Source: the human T2T-CHM13v2.0 reference genome, Homo sapiens. From it: a stretch of DNA of 64,000 bases. Numbering within the stretch: position 1 is the stretch's first letter; each line of letters begins with the position of its first letter. The stretch lies in NCBI RefSeq assembly GCF_009914755.1, contig NC_060931.1; one strand, written 5' to 3'. The position numbers and the translations under genes are program-made. The notes beneath the pieces are model-generated. The model was not told the DNA's origin. It was given only the letters and a program-made list of their open reading frames with translations, and did not search any database. Positions 16,689 through 34,077 of this stretch are shown here, piece after piece.

Positions 16689-17009
16689 TGGGCTGTCCAA
16701 CAGGGTGACCACTGCCACATGTGGCAATGGAGCCCTTAAAATGTGACTCGCTGAAAAGAGACATGCTGTACATGTACGATACTTGCCAGCTTTCAAAGAC
16801 TGAGGTTGAAAACAGAGTGTAAAATAACTCATCAGTAGTTTTTCATATGGATCTCCTATTAAAACGCTAATATTTTGGATGTTTTAAGTTAAGTAACATA
16901 TATGGTTAAAACTAATTTCATCTCTTTTATTCTCACTTTTTTAAAGTGGCTACCAAAACATTTAAAATTAGCTTTGTCGCTCAAATGATGTTCCTACTGG
17001 AAAGCACTG
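16689..17009. mobile_element. MER33/MER3-like hAT-Charlie element
   Basis: gctgtccaa...ccacatgtggc...ttttaaagtggctac...tggaaagcactg. Confidence 0.65.
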
Positions 17010-18897
17010 ATTAAAATAATTTGCTGCTCTCCCTCCCTCTCATAGCCCAGACCGTGGAACGCCTTCAATCAGTTATTTGGCTTGGAGGTGGCAGTGACAG
17101 AGCTTCACAGAAAATGTTTTTTCTCAGTTGGAAGTCTGACACTCTAAGAAATAAAGTGCTGTGTGACAGACCCTTAACCAAGGAAGAGTCCAGAGGACTT
17201 CATGATGACTCAGAAGCATATGGACAGGTACCTCCTCACACCAGGAGACCTGTCTGTACAATAGTGAGACAAGTGGAGAATTTCTGCGCCTACGTTTTTC
17301 CCATTTCAAAAAGAGTCTGGCATTGATTACATTCTGTGATCGAAAAGAGTTTTGTGTATGTTCTTGTCCTTGTCAGGATCACAGATAATTCATTCTGCAG
17401 AGAGGCGGTGACTGTGTGCATAAACTGGGTCCTGTTGGTATAATCATGTGCCTCACCTGTTTTGACCCTATCAGAATGCTAAAGATGCAAATTAACTCTG
17501 AAGGACACATCTAGACAATGAAAAAAAAATTATGCTTGCAGACGGTCAGTGTAACATTGGGATCAGAAATATTGTTCACACACACTTTCTCATGGAAGAA
17601 TTCAGCTCAAGTTTTCATTAGAGCCACTGGTGAGAATGAATTGACAAGTCTGAAAGTAACAAAGGAAAACAAAACAATGATTGCATGTTTCCTAGTGTAA
17701 AAAATTCCACTGAGTTTTAAAGTTGCTTTCAGTTGTTTAAGGAAATACACACATCTCTCCCTTTTCTATTATGGAAGATTAAAAAGCCAGAGGAAGAAAG
17801 GGAAAAAAAAAAGAGAAGGAAGTGCTTTTAAAAAAACCTCTTTTGTACTCCCCTGAACTACAGACACATGTCTGAAAGAACAATTTTCCTGGACAGTGTA
17901 GACTTCGCATTACAAGGTGGTACCGGAAAGGGACAGAAACGAGCCTTATTCCACAGAAGTTCATGCCCATCATTAAAGCCACACAAAAGCTGCGTGAGCA
18001 CAGCAGATTCCAGACAATTAATCAGCCAGTGAAGTGTCATCTTGCTTTATATTTTTCAATTTCTCCATGATACTGCCCAGAGACCAAGCTGAGGAATTCT
18101 TCCAGCAGCTGGCTGCATTCTGCTCTAAAATGTTTTTTTTTTTAATATATTAGATTTGCCCATCAATTTGCTTCCCAGTGGGATGAATTTTTTTTGTTGT
18201 TGAAGAGGAAATACCAGTTATTTATAGCAACTGAAGGAAATAATGGACAGTTGCAAGGGCCACAGAATAGCATGCCACCAAGTAAACAGTTCTATAAACA
18301 GTCATTTTCGACAACAGTACCATGAGATGCTCAGGCTGACTGGGTCCCTAAGCTAGGTCAGGTCATCTGAGGAAAACTTACAGGATGTTCTCTCAGCCTT
18401 CCTTGCATGAAGGAATTTCAGTCGGGCAATTACAAAATGGTGCAATGGGCGATACTGGTCATTTTAGGTCTTTATTCATAGCAATCTCATTATTGGGTCT
18501 CATAGCTATGCCAGGTGCCTTGTCAGATACAACTTCCTTTGCTTGCACTTACACATGGGATTTAAACAGTGGTTTAGAAGACCTCATTTAAAACAAATAC
18601 TGTCAACAATTTAAGAGTATTTTATTTGGTCTATTGTTTTTCCCTTTTCTTGGTTGTGGAGGGTGGGGTATGGAGCACCCAGAAATACTACTACTTAGTA
18701 TGCTATTCGTCATCTTCTATCTGTAGACAAAAGGGCAGAAGCTCTTTGTTTCTATGGAAGATCAAACACAAGTGAGGTCCTTTTATAATAAAATTCATGA
18801 CTTAAAAAAACTCATTTCTTGATTTGTAAAAACAAGAGGATATGTCAAAAAAATTTTAAATGTAAGCCACAATAACCTGTGTAGCTTAGTCCTATTC

Positions 18898-19031
18898 TGA
18901 GGAGGGAGGAAGCAGAAGAGGGGGAGGAAGAGGAGGAGGAGAAGGAAAGAAGATGGAGGAGGGAGGAAAGATAAGAAGAAAAAGAAAGATTAAGATCAAG
19001 ACAGAAAGGAAAAGAGAAAGAAAATAAGAGG
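18898..19031. repeat. GA-rich polypurine tract
   Basis: gaggagggaggaagcagaagagggggaggaag...agaaaataagagg. Confidence 0.8.
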
Positions 19032-19276
19032 TCCAGACACACACAAAGAAATAGATAGGTATAGACAGAACCAAGGCTTGTTGAAGATAACCCCAGCTGG
19101 TCATAGCCCTGTGTTCCTAGGGACAGTGTGAAATTTCTAGAACTCTAGTGGTTCATTACTAAATAACAATTAGACTTTTTCTTTTTTTTTTGCTTTTAAA
19201 CTTCAAAAGTTTTTAAAAGGCTATTCTCTCACAAAATTATGACTTTCACAGAATTTTAGAAATTAAAATTTTTTAG

Positions 19277-19584
<308 letters not shown>

Positions 19585-19611
19585 AGAAATCTCCTTTTAA
19601 CATTGGAGGTG

Positions 19612-20240
<629 letters not shown>

Positions 20241-20519
20241 GAAACATCAGAGGTACAGCCATGTTGGCTATGACTACACAGTCTTTCACTATTAAAGCAG
20301 GTACTTGCTATTAGTGCAGTGGAGAACAAAGACTCGGGGGATGTGGGCCTAGAATCATTAGCATTGAAGACCCTGCTCAGGTGTTACCTCCTCAGGAAAT
20401 TTTAACGAGACTCCTTCAATAAGATTCTACAACTCCTCTGTGCTCTCCATGCTGCATTCTCCAACTCCTTTCGGGTTACAGCGTGTCTCTGCCTGTGGAC
20501 TGTAATCCCCCTCAAAGTA

Positions 20520-21252
20520 TAAACAGGTCTTACTCTCGCCATCTCCACTGCTAACACCTTGCTCAACACCATGATCACCACTTACCTGGATTAGTTCAAA
20601 CAGCCTCCAAACCGGTCTCCCTGTTTCTCTGCTGCCCTCCCATATTCCCTCCAGGTATAATCTCTATACAGCAACCACAGTGATCCTGTGGCAATGTAAA
20701 GCAGTGTCACACCTCTGTTCCAAACCCTCTAGCTGTTTCCTTTCTCATTCTGAATAAGACCCAAAGTGCTGAGTGTGACCTACAAGGTCCACATGACTTC
20801 CCTCTTCGAATCTCCATTCCCATCCCCAGTACTGTATTTTGACCAAGTTAGCCTTCTTGCAGTTCCTCAAACAAGCCACGATTCTATGGCTGCAGGACCA
20901 CTGCCCTTATTGTTGCTATGCCTGGAATCCTCTTATCTGCACGGCTTCCTCATGTCTTTTAGGTCTCTACTCTACTGCCTTCTCACCTAAATTTCTTACC
21001 TACCACAAATCTCCATCTCTCCACCCACTACCCTCTAAGACATTCCCTAGCCCTTTACCTACACTGGTTTTCACCTGAGCATTCATCATCTTTGAACATA
21101 CATGTTTTACTTACATATTTATTATAATTTTCCTTATTACAAAGTAAGTCCTATGGGTTTCTTCTGTTGTGTTCAGTTTTATAGCCCCAGTATTTGGAAG
21201 AATGCCTTTGTACATAGAAAGTGCTAAATATTTATTTGTAGAATGAATGAAC
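20520..21252 (+). mobile_element. L2a fragment
   Basis: cttacctggatta...gcctcc...ggtctccctg...3' end aaatatttatttgtagaatgaatgaa. Confidence 0.7.
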
Positions 21253-22102
21253 TCATCTTTTTAACTTTTGGCTCCTGGCACAAAGTTTTGATTGATGCTC
21301 AATCAATGCCTGCTGACTGACTAAATCAATTTTTGCTAAACACACATCCTTCCTCATCAGCAAACGTACTATTCTTATCCAATTCATAAGTTGTAGATGA
21401 ACACACTCAGAAAACCCTAAATTTCCATAAGCACATAAAGGGGTGTGCTTTTAAACATTTATTTTCGTGGAGAGATTACGACTGACCCACTCCCAAATGC
21501 ATCAGCTTCAATGAATCTGGCATTCATGTCACACTGTAAAACTGCTTAACCCACATCTTTTCTACTTTTGGGGAATTTTGGGGGCACTAATATAGATCTA
21601 AATCATACACACAAATAGATCTAGAAAAGGTATAGAAGTACATATAATATTTGCATATGGCTGCTTATTTACATATGGCTAACTAGTGTTCAGTACGTTT
21701 TTATCAAAACTTAGGATATCCTCTAAGCATCTTCACCAACATTTTCCATCAAGGAGTACAATATTTTCTGGACAGTAACTCAGTTTTCCTCCTTCTCCTG
21801 GTCATAATGAAATGTAGCCATGGCCCCCACAAGTTAACAACTTTAGAATAATCAGAATGTAAAGACATTTTTGAGCTTCAAATCACTGACAAGAAAGTTT
21901 ATACAAAAGGAAATATTTTAAAATTAAACTGAAAAGGATATTTTAGAAAAAAATGTGCTTACTTACAGTCACATACCTCATTTCATTCTTCAGCATGGCC
22001 CATGTGAATGCTTCAAAGCTGGCAATTTGAAAAATTTCTCAAACATCAAAAACAGATAGTATACCCATATTTCATCATATCGGTACGTCCCAAGTCACCT
22101 AC

Positions 22103-22228
22103 CAGGCATAATAATATTTGAAAATCCCAGCTTCCTTGTTATGGATACTCCATGAGAAAATACTGATGAATATTCCCTTCTGATTTGTTCAATGTCTCCG
22201 TGCAATAGCTGTAAGGAAACTGCTAAAC
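22103..22228 (-). CDS. DOCK4: DOCK4 coding exon (probable exon 13), 126 nt, (G)LAVSLQLLHGDIEQIRREYSSVFSHGVSITRKLGFSNIIMP(G)
   Basis: gttttag|GT TTA GCA...ATG CCT G|gtaggt. Symmetric phase 1-1. Confidence 0.96.
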
Positions 22229-23129
22229 CTAAAACAGATGAGAGATACCCGAGTTAAAAACAGAATAGAAATAGAATAAAGAGAAACTGATGTGTTGCAA
22301 CAAGCCCAAATTTAGAATATCATGGTTTTAAACTAAGGGTTAATATTCCGACGAAATCGACAGAATCTATATGAATCATATCTGAATAACACTTTTCCAA
22401 CTTCAACATCTGAGTTTCCCATTCATAAGGAGGTTCATAGCAAGTGGAGAAAATGAGCAGAACTCTAAGAGGCAGCCTGGCTTCCAACCCCCAAATCTCT
22501 CCTCCAACCCTAGTCTGGTGGAGCACGTTCCTGCGCCAACACTTATTCCAGAAGTAGATGAAGGTCACCTTGCCCTAAAAAATACTGACATCAAAATGGG
22601 AGGTTTAAAACAAAACAAAACAAAACAAAAGGCCTATGAATAGTTGCTTATCAAATATCAAAAGCATGAACACAAATCTGAAGACATATTAATTTAAGGA
22701 TTTAAAGGATATTGATAGAGATTTTCTTGAAACATAAGTAACAAAGCCGATTATAATGAAACCAGGATTATATTAATAATATATACAGTAGAAACTCATG
22801 ATGACATGATTTTCTAGTGAGGAGAATTTAGCAGAATACAGGACACCTTGACAAAGAAAAGAGAATTTAGTCAGTAAAGTAGGAAAAATTATTATTTTTA
22901 CCCCAATTATAAGGACATTACCTTAGCTGGATATACAGAAGATGCAAAACACTTTTTATCATATATTATTTTCTCAATTTCCAGGCAAGAAGTACAGAAA
23001 ACTTTAATGTCATATCATTGTGAATATGTCTGTATGCATACTCCAAAGATAGCACTTCTCTTTCAGCTTTTTCATTCCTTCTTTGTTTATCTTCTTATGT
23101 TTTAATTTTTAAGATAGCCAAATTATTAT

Positions 23130-23608
<479 letters not shown>

Positions 23609-23755
23609 CTCTATGCTTTAAAATAAGAAGGACAAAAATATCTCCCATCTATATTTACTATATTAGTGATAGAAAATGAAACCAGTCAAAGGTGACTTAT
23701 TTTTAAAAACATTCAGTCATCATTAACCTGAAGTCAATTTAAAGATGAATTTGCT

Positions 23756-24055
<300 letters not shown>

Positions 24056-26384
24056 TTAGTACAGTCAAGAAGATGATAAATCTACATCGTCAGATTTAGA
24101 ACCTCTATCTACATTATTACTTATCACATTTCTCTCAATAATGCACAGATCATGTGCAAGTCATAACTCCCAAAAATGACTTACAGTATGATAATGCTGT
24201 ATAAGAACAAAGGTGTGAGAATGACATCATGCTGTGATGAAAAAAATGCAAAGTTTATTTGTCACATGTGTAGAGGAAGGTCTTCCCTTTTACTCTCTTT
24301 CAATAATAGAGCAAACAAACAATAACAATGAAAGTAGCGTTTTTTGGTTGGTTTGCTTGTTTTTCAATAGAGTGGTTAAAATATCAGGAAAATTTGTAAA
24401 CCAAAATAAAATAGAAGGAAAGAAAAAAGAAAAGGCTTTAGGCTCAGAGAGAAACTGGAGCCTCTCCTGAGGTCCAAATCGGAGCTAGATGAGGGGCAAT
24501 AAACAAAGAAAAGGAGGACAGGGACATGACGACATGATCGTGTCCTCACACTTTCCGGTTTGTGTACCAACAGAATGTCTCCAAGAGCTGTCGCGAGAAT
24601 TACATTAAGTCTGGCACATCCTCAGAACTTCAAATCTGCGTCCTAGTTTAACCTAACTACCCCTTATCTCCCTCTCCAGCCCCACCCCATTCACTCTGAG
24701 TTAGGTGACCGATGACAATAAAATGGAGAGTGTCTGTCTTTCCATGGTCACGGGAAATGAAGAAGGGGGGAATAAGCCATCTGGATGATTTGATGGAGAC
24801 AACTATCATCAGTGAAGCTTTTGGACACTTTATGTGATACTAGTAGAACCTTTTAAAACCTGGAGGCGGAAGAATGAAGACAAGCGAACATGTGTTATGA
24901 TCCATCTGTCCCAGCAGCTATTTCTCCCTAACTCACACTCTCTACCCCCACCTAATCATGGGTGTCTCTGTTCTCCTCCCACTTCTGTCCTTTTGCCTTC
25001 AAAATACTCACCCACATCATTACCATCATCATTAGCATCACCAGGATCTGGTATTTGTGGAATACTAGTGTTTGCCAGATCTAGTACATGATAACAGTTC
25101 TTCCTGCTGGGGAAAACACTGTTCAAATCCTGACGTACTATATGAGCAATGCTTTCCAGTACAGAATAAGACGAATTTAACAAAATTCTTAAGATCCTGT
25201 AATTTTTGCAAGTGAAGATCATTTTACTGGGGCTTCTCAATGAATGATCTGATCAGAGACACTAGCAACATCATGTGGTATACATAAAGGAAGAAGAGAA
25301 AAGGACTCAAGAGTAATGAAAAAACAAAGAGATCATGCTATTCACAATAGAAGTTGGAGAGAGAAAAACTGATCAAGATTCTTGTTTTGCCCTATAGGAG
25401 CCAGCATTCATTTAACCAGCAGCGACTTTAAAAAAAACAAAAACAAAACAAAAAACAAAAACAAAAGCAAACAAACAAAAAAACATAAGCTGAATACTGT
25501 ACTTTACAGAGGATAAGACAAGGATAAAAGAAAACCATTGGGTCAGAGAGGTGAATCCTGAAGAAAATTAAAGAAGATAGGAAAAGGAGAAAAAATGCTT
25601 TAGAAAAAGACAGATGGAGGGGGAGTAATAATAAACAGAAATACATCAGTGTTCTCTAGAGAGCAAGGGCCACAGAGGGGAGAGAGTGCAAAAGGACAGA
25701 GAGGACCCATTTAGGAGACAGTCGACAGAGAGGAGTCGGTCAGTGGAGAAGGGAAGGGAATGGGAAAATGACAGGACAAATAGACAAAATAGTGTGGGGA
25801 AAAGGAAAAGCTGGCATTTCAGAGTTGGATGCATACTAAAAGTTTGATAGATACAGTAGTTTTCAACCTGAAGGTTTAGAGCAATATAGATTAAAGCCCT
25901 CAGTGTAATTATGTCATTTGACTAGCCAAGTGATGATAATGGGGGTTGAGGGGGAGGGCAGTTACTGCCATTTGGAGGTTCCCTAATTTCTCCAGAATGA
26001 AGAATTCACAGACATCAAGAATGACAAAGGTTAACAGGACACAGTGTTTGACCACAGTGTATCTGGCTTTGCCCAAATCATCAAATCTTTCCACAAAGAA
26101 ACCACAACATATGACTAAGAAACATCAAAGAGTGGGTGCACAAAGAAAAAACATGATTCTGAGAGTGAGTCCACAGGGACCAGACCACAAAGAGCCATTG
26201 CAATTCCATTTATTTTCCAATCAAAGAAACTCCAGATCCTATTTTTACAGTGGTCCTTAATTGTCATGACCACAACCAAGAGGCTGGATAAACGAGCCAC
26301 CAGAACAGTAAGAAACAACATAATGAAGACTAAGAAACTACTCATCACTATAAAGGAAAGACGTAGCAAATATTTACACATTCC

Positions 26385-26773
26385 TTCTAAAAACGTTGAA
26401 CTCATAGAAGCAGAGAGTGGAATGATGGTTACCAGGGATTGGAGAGGGTGGGGGATATGGGGGTTAGGGAGAGTAAACCGGGAGATTTTGGTCACAGGAG
26501 ACGAAGTTTCAGTTGGACAAGATGAAGACGTTCTAGAGAGCTATTGTATAGCATAGTGAGGTGGTTAATAATAATATACTGCATACTTAAAAATCGCTAA
26601 GAGAGTGGATTTTAAAATGTTCTCACTGCTATAAAATATGAGGGTCATATGCTAATTAGCTTGATTTAATCATTTAGCAGTGTATGCATATATCAAAACA
26701 TCACATTGTATGCCATAAATATGTACAATTTTTAATTGTCAATTATACCTTATTAAAGCTGGGGCAAAAAAGA
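26385..26773 (+). mobile_element. L1MA-like 3' end
   Basis: gaactcatagaagcagagagt...gctaattagcttgatttaatcatt...tcaattatacctt. 18-bp TSD caaatatttacacattcc at 26367-26384 and 26774-26791. Confidence 0.8.
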
Positions 26774-27264
26774 CAAATATTTACACATTCCAATTACCTG
26801 AGATTAGCCCTGTCTTTTCAGGGTTATGACACAGGGCATGTTTGGAGAATGGTATTTTTCTTTCCGTTTTCTTTCTTATCATCCTACTTCACTTTCCTGG
26901 CCTCACCTGCTATCTCTGGGGTTGGGGCAACTTCTTAAATTTTATCTGTACATTTTACCTTATTCCTGCCACAGTTCAAAATGCACACTCTGAGCAGCAG
27001 TAACTTATGGCTTGAGAGGAGGGTGGAAAGTGGGATTTAAGGATGTATATTACAGTTTTCCTACACCCAAGAAACTGATAATCTAACAATTAAAATAAGA
27101 AACTTATACAGAGAGAGACAGAAAGAGAGAGAATATAAAACAGAATGGATTATAGGTATGATAGGAATATTAAAATAAGAAAAAATTACCACGGAAAGAA
27201 TTGGAAAGCTTAGGAAATTTTTTATTGGAATTTATGACAACCTGTAAAATTAGATTAAATCTGA

Positions 27265-27353
27265 ATTTCATAAAATTAAAATTTCATAAAATTAAAATTT
27301 CATAAAATTTAATTTACAATTTAATTTCATAAAATTTTAATTTCATAAAATTT
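27265..27353. repeat. 16-bp AT-rich minisatellite (aatttcataaaattaa)n
   Basis: About five copies of aatttcataaaatt. Confidence 0.85.
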
Positions 27354-28843
27354 AACCTAATTTTGTTTATGTAAATAATATTTTAAGTCACTTTTCTTAG
27401 ACCTTAATATAAGTGCCCAAAATGAAATTGCTGTGGGAGAAATGTTCCCTTTCTTGGAAGAAACGTAATCATTAAAGTGAACTTTCACATCAGCCTAGAT
27501 GTTCAAGCCCAATGATAAATACTTAACATTTAATTTTAAACAAAAGGCATAGTCATTAATCTGGAGTCTGCCATAAAACAACATATGATTCATGATTAAG
27601 TTCAGCTTACGGAGTGGTAGTACACGAAAGAAAGGCTTGGTATCTTTTAAGCCAAATGTGGCTGATTACTTGGAAGTTCTAATTTCATGAGAATTGAAGC
27701 TCATTTATTCTATAAGTTGGCTCCTTTTAAATTCATGAAATTCTGCAATTTTACATTAAAAATGGAAAGCATAGCATGATTTATAAGTAGCAGCTGAAAT
27801 TTTAGAATACATCAGCCATTTTGCCACTAATAAACCACATAACATGTAGCTACGAATGCACAGCGATGCAAAAATGGAAAACTGTGATAAATATATTGGA
27901 TAAATACATGTTGTTACTAAGTGTGCAGTTTAAGAATCATATCATATGGTTGCAAGTGACTGCCTCAATGTTAACCTCTCTGTGCTTTGGTTTCCACATC
28001 TGTAAAATAAAGATAAAGGCACCAATTCCATAAAATACTTTAGGTAATGCTTAGCTCAAAGGAAGTGTCAGCTGCTACTCCTACAATTGCCACTGCCACT
28101 ACTATCATTATATCTATCATTGTTTCTGTTCTCATTCCTCCCTACCATGAGTATCAACAAATTAGCTTCCATCAAAAAATGGCCAAAGTCTCCTTAGTGT
28201 CATATAGAAATAAAATATTTCTTTTAATAGTTGTGCCCACTTACCACCAGATAAATCCAAATATTGTGATTAGGTTCTATAAAGGTTTCAAAGGCAAATA
28301 TGTCTGTATATTGAGAACAATCCTCTAACATAGGAGACTTGACAAAGACATAACTGAGAAATACAAATAGACGATAAGTACAATTAGACATATGCGAAGG
28401 CGGTGAAATTCCTAATGACATGGAGATTACAGTGCTGTCCTCAGATACTAGTAAGTCAACGCTCTGAACAAGTGACAAATTCTGAAATATCCTTTAGAAG
28501 ACACTTAGCATGTAATTTAGTCAGGAGGAGAGGTTATATTGCTATCTTATTTTGTTTTTCAAATATCATGATTTTTGTTTGCTTCTCTTTTTTCCCCTTC
28601 TTTTTCATTTCTACCCTCTAAATGGATTAAGTTTTCTTATTTGCTTATTTATCTCTCTATAGTTCTGGAAATTATACATACTATTTCTATTCTTTAAATG
28701 TGTAACATAAGTAATTGACTTAAATACTAAATTTAATCAATAGCTCTATTCTCTTCTGGAACAATTCTGGGAACTTGGATCTTTTAAACTCTGATGATGA
28801 TATATTTTTAAATTGTTGCTGTTTGCAGTCAGTGCTTAAATAG

Positions 28844-29204
<361 letters not shown>

Positions 29205-29319
29205 TGGGTTCAGTTCTTTACTCCTGATGATGAACTCTGACTAGTTGTTTCAGTGAATGTGAATGTAAAATCTCCAAGTCTTCATCTGAAATTTTATTTT
29301 ATTCCCCCTTTTAAATATG

Positions 29320-29648
29320 GCAGGCCCTTTGTTCTGTGGGGCTCTGCATCTGTGGATTCAACCAGCTGGGTGTCAAAAATATTTGGAAAAATAAAATCCA
29401 TAAAAAATAACAACACAACAACAGTAACCACAAAAAACAATACAGTAATAACAATCATTTAGATACCATTTACATTGTATTAGGTATTATACATAAGCTA
29501 GAAATAATTTAAAGTATATGAGGGGATGTGCATAGGTTATATGTAAATAGTATATGCTATTTTATGTAAGGGACTTCAGCATTTGCAAATTTTGGTGTCC
29601 TGAGAGGTCCTGGAACCAGTTTCCCACGGATACCAAGCAATGACTGTA
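29320..29648. mobile_element. TcMar-Tigger MITE (Tigger3a/MER2 group)
   Basis: ctgcatctgtggattcaacc...atttacattgtattaggtatta...gtcctggaacca...cacggatacc...gactgta. Confidence 0.75.
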
Positions 29649-30968
29649 ACAGTTTGGCAAGTAAAGAATTCAAAGTTGGCCATTTGCTCCCAGCAGTTTT
29701 AAGATATTTATTATTCCATAATATTCTGACCTCTGTAACTGCTGCTAAGACTATTATTTCTTTTTAGGTAATCAGTATTTTCTCTCTGGTTTCTGGTTTT
29801 GTCTTTGGTGTTCTGCAGTTTCACCATAATTTATCTAGATATGACTTTTATTTATCCTGCTTATAACTTTCACTTCTTTTATCTGGGCATTTTATCCTCT
29901 GCAAAAGTTATTTAATTTATCCAGATATAACTTTATCCTACTTAATAACATTTTCTTCTTTTATCTGCACATTTTATCCTCTGCAAAAGCTCTACAAATT
30001 CTCAACCTTTTCAAATATTGCAGCTTACCCATGTACTTTATTTGTTCCTTCTGGAATTCCTACTAGATGTATGCTGGTCTTTTCATTCAATCCTTCACTG
30101 CTCTTAAATGTTTATTCAGGTTATTCCATTGCATTTACCCCTTGGGTAGCATTCTGGCTAATATTTTAAGTTATTTTACTAATTCGTTTTCCAACTATGC
30201 TCGTTTGCTATTTAAGTAGTCCACTGATTTCTTATTTTAATAACATTTTTTAAAAGAATTTTAGAAGTTCTATTTACTTCTCTTTAACCACTAGAATTTA
30301 TACACAAAGAAAACAAAGATTTTTCATTGTCAAAAACTGTATACCAGTGCCTTGAGTAACGCTGAAATATATATACTCAATATTCTTTTGATGTATGGGT
30401 TTAAAAATCTCGTTCCATTTTTTTATGATGTTTTCTTTTTCATTAGAAATCTCTTTTGCTACCTCTTTTCCTGATAGTTTATTACCTAAAATTCCAAAAG
30501 ATCATGATTCTCATTTGTTGCATTTGCTTACTCTGCCTCATTGATTGCTAATTGTTATCATTTTATCACAATTCATCTTTAGTGGGTGTTGTTTTTTTCA
30601 CAGGGATCCCATGCATCATAGGTGTGGAAGCGACGATATGGAGTGGGTTACACATTTACTTTTTTTAGGCTATACAACTGGGACCAGGGGAAATGTGATA
30701 TGCTAGTAGCCTACCCTCTCCTGGTGAGATACCATATACCTTGACTGGAAGCTGATGGGAGAGGGAACCCCATCTTCTTGGCTACATGTATATGTAGTGG
30801 AATTTTCATCACGCTGAGCTGGTGCAGGCAGGAAGGAGAAAATGAGATGTGATATAAGTTTCACCAACTCTCTTGATTCTTACCAGGAGTTGGCAGTTAC
30901 TCTTTATTTGCTGTCTACACTTAGGAAGATTTCTAGACATTAGTCCTGTTTTAAAATACAATTTGTGA

Positions 30969-31090
30969 CCAGGCACAGTGGCTCACACCTATAATCCTTT
31001 GGGAGGCAAAGGTGGGAGGATTGCTTAAGGCCAGTTCAAGACCAACCTGGCCAATGTAGTGAGTCCCCATTTCATTTTTAAAAATAAATA
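30969..31090 (+). mobile_element. FLAM-C-like Alu monomer
   Basis: ccaggcacagtggctcacacctataatcc...gttcaagaccaacctggccaa. Confidence 0.8.
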
Positions 31091-32129
31091 AATATGAAAA
31101 ATAATTTAATTTAAAATCTAAAAGAAAATACGATTTTCATCAATAATGGTTGTTCCATTGGAGGAGGATGGTGCAGCTCTTCACACTGCCATTCTGTAGT
31201 AAACTCTCAAAACACTATTTCTTGACAGTACTTGCATACTTTGTATGTTTGGGAGGTGGGGGCTGAGAGTAAAACACAATTGGTGGAATTTCTAAACTTG
31301 TACTACAAAAAATTACTAACATTATGAGGTATTAGCAAAACTTCCTATAGATGATATTAGTAGATTTTTTCAAAAATCACCTTCAGTAAAACCTGTTCAT
31401 TTCTGAAATACGTAGGGCCTCAATCTTATCAGAGCACAAATTTTACATCTATTCCTTCCTATGTGCTTGATTTACAAAATTAATCATCTAAGCTTTGCTT
31501 TGTGCATTAGAATGTTATGTGTTATATCTATAAGAAAAGATAATTGAATTTCACAGTAAATACATTAGAAGCTATATATCCTATCTGGAGTTCAACTCAA
31601 AGCCAGTGAAAACTTTTCCAGAGGCACATCCTAGCTACACCAAGCAGTAAAATCCTGGCTGATTAAAATGAGGTATTTACACTGGGAGGTCAGAGACAGG
31701 CTCTGAAAGTCTCTGAAGCAGAGGAAAGAAAGAAAGTCAAATTTCTAGAAAGTGTGAGGTATTAAGTGAGACAATACTATCGGAAAATGAGTCAATGGAG
31801 CAAAAGCCAGAATATTAGGAAGAGACTGGTGTGTACAAATGAGCCAGGTTAGATGGAGAAATCAAGATGCAGATGGGAAAATGGGAGCTGTGAACATTAC
31901 CAGAGGCCTGCTTAACAATGTGTTAATTACATGATGAAAGGAGCCTAGTTACTCAAAGCCTCTACCCAGTAGGACCAAAGTACCCAAATTACAGCTGTCC
32001 TTTAACATTGTCATCTTGCAGAGCTAGATACTTACGCTATTAATGTTGCCACTGCTTAAATTTGGGATGTATCTCCTCTTTTAGATATACTTTCAAAACC
32101 AATTTAAAATGAAAAGAAAGAAAAAAGAG

Positions 32130-33297
<1,168 letters not shown>

Positions 33298-34077
33298 TCA
33301 TACCTTGGTTTCTGAGTTTTAGCCAGTATTGTTCAATTTGTGAATATGCTTATTGCTGATTGCTTCTTTAAACTAAGTTAAGTCTTAAAGAATATAATTT
33401 TGACATCACTGAGGATAACCCAAAGGGTCTGACCATAGGCTCACTGTCTGAAGATCATCTTCCTGAGATCTTCGAAGTGGGTAACTCTGTCCATTGGGAT
33501 GACTACCTTCTAATATGCAAAAGGTATGATAAGCGTGAACAAATAATCTTGTGATTATAACTGCTGGTTTGCAGATCTGCTAGTTCTAAATTTCAAAGCT
33601 TTGGGAAAGGCTTTTATGTTTTCTCTAGAGAAGTGGTTAGCTCATGGCTAAGAGTTATAAAGAACATAAGATTGAAGCAATACATAATGTCACAGAATGT
33701 CAAATGAAAAGGCATTAAAGACATGTGAAATTATTTACTTTCATTGAGTCTTAACTACAAAAGAAATCTGCTGACCAGCAATGAAAGCTGGAGAGGGGCT
33801 TCTCCACATTTGGTAGGAGTGATGAGAGCATTCGAAGGGATTTCAACATTTCCTTTTTAACTAAGGGGAATTTTTCACTTTAAAGTTTCCATTCTTATTC
33901 TGATTTAGTGTATCAACATTTCAATAGCATATACTGAGGACTATGTCTAGGTTTTTTAAACAGGCTTTGTTTGTTTTTACTGTAACTATTATTACCTATT
34001 TGTATTTTATTTCCACAATACCAATACAAAGGAATCCATGGGCTGCAAACCATTTAAAAAATGTGTATAGAGCATAG

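Noticed and set aside
17000-18600. Repeat-poor stretch with donor-like motifs (ctcacctg at about 17452, acttac at about 18375) as a possible hidden exon or internal promoter
   Set aside because: No convincing acceptor, ORF or DOCK-like peptide. The flanking exons already join in frame, and conservation data would be needed.
24480-24720. Small local CpG enrichment with an ETS-like ttccgg
   Set aside because: Too short and sparse for a CpG island, and motif occurrence alone is not evidence of function.
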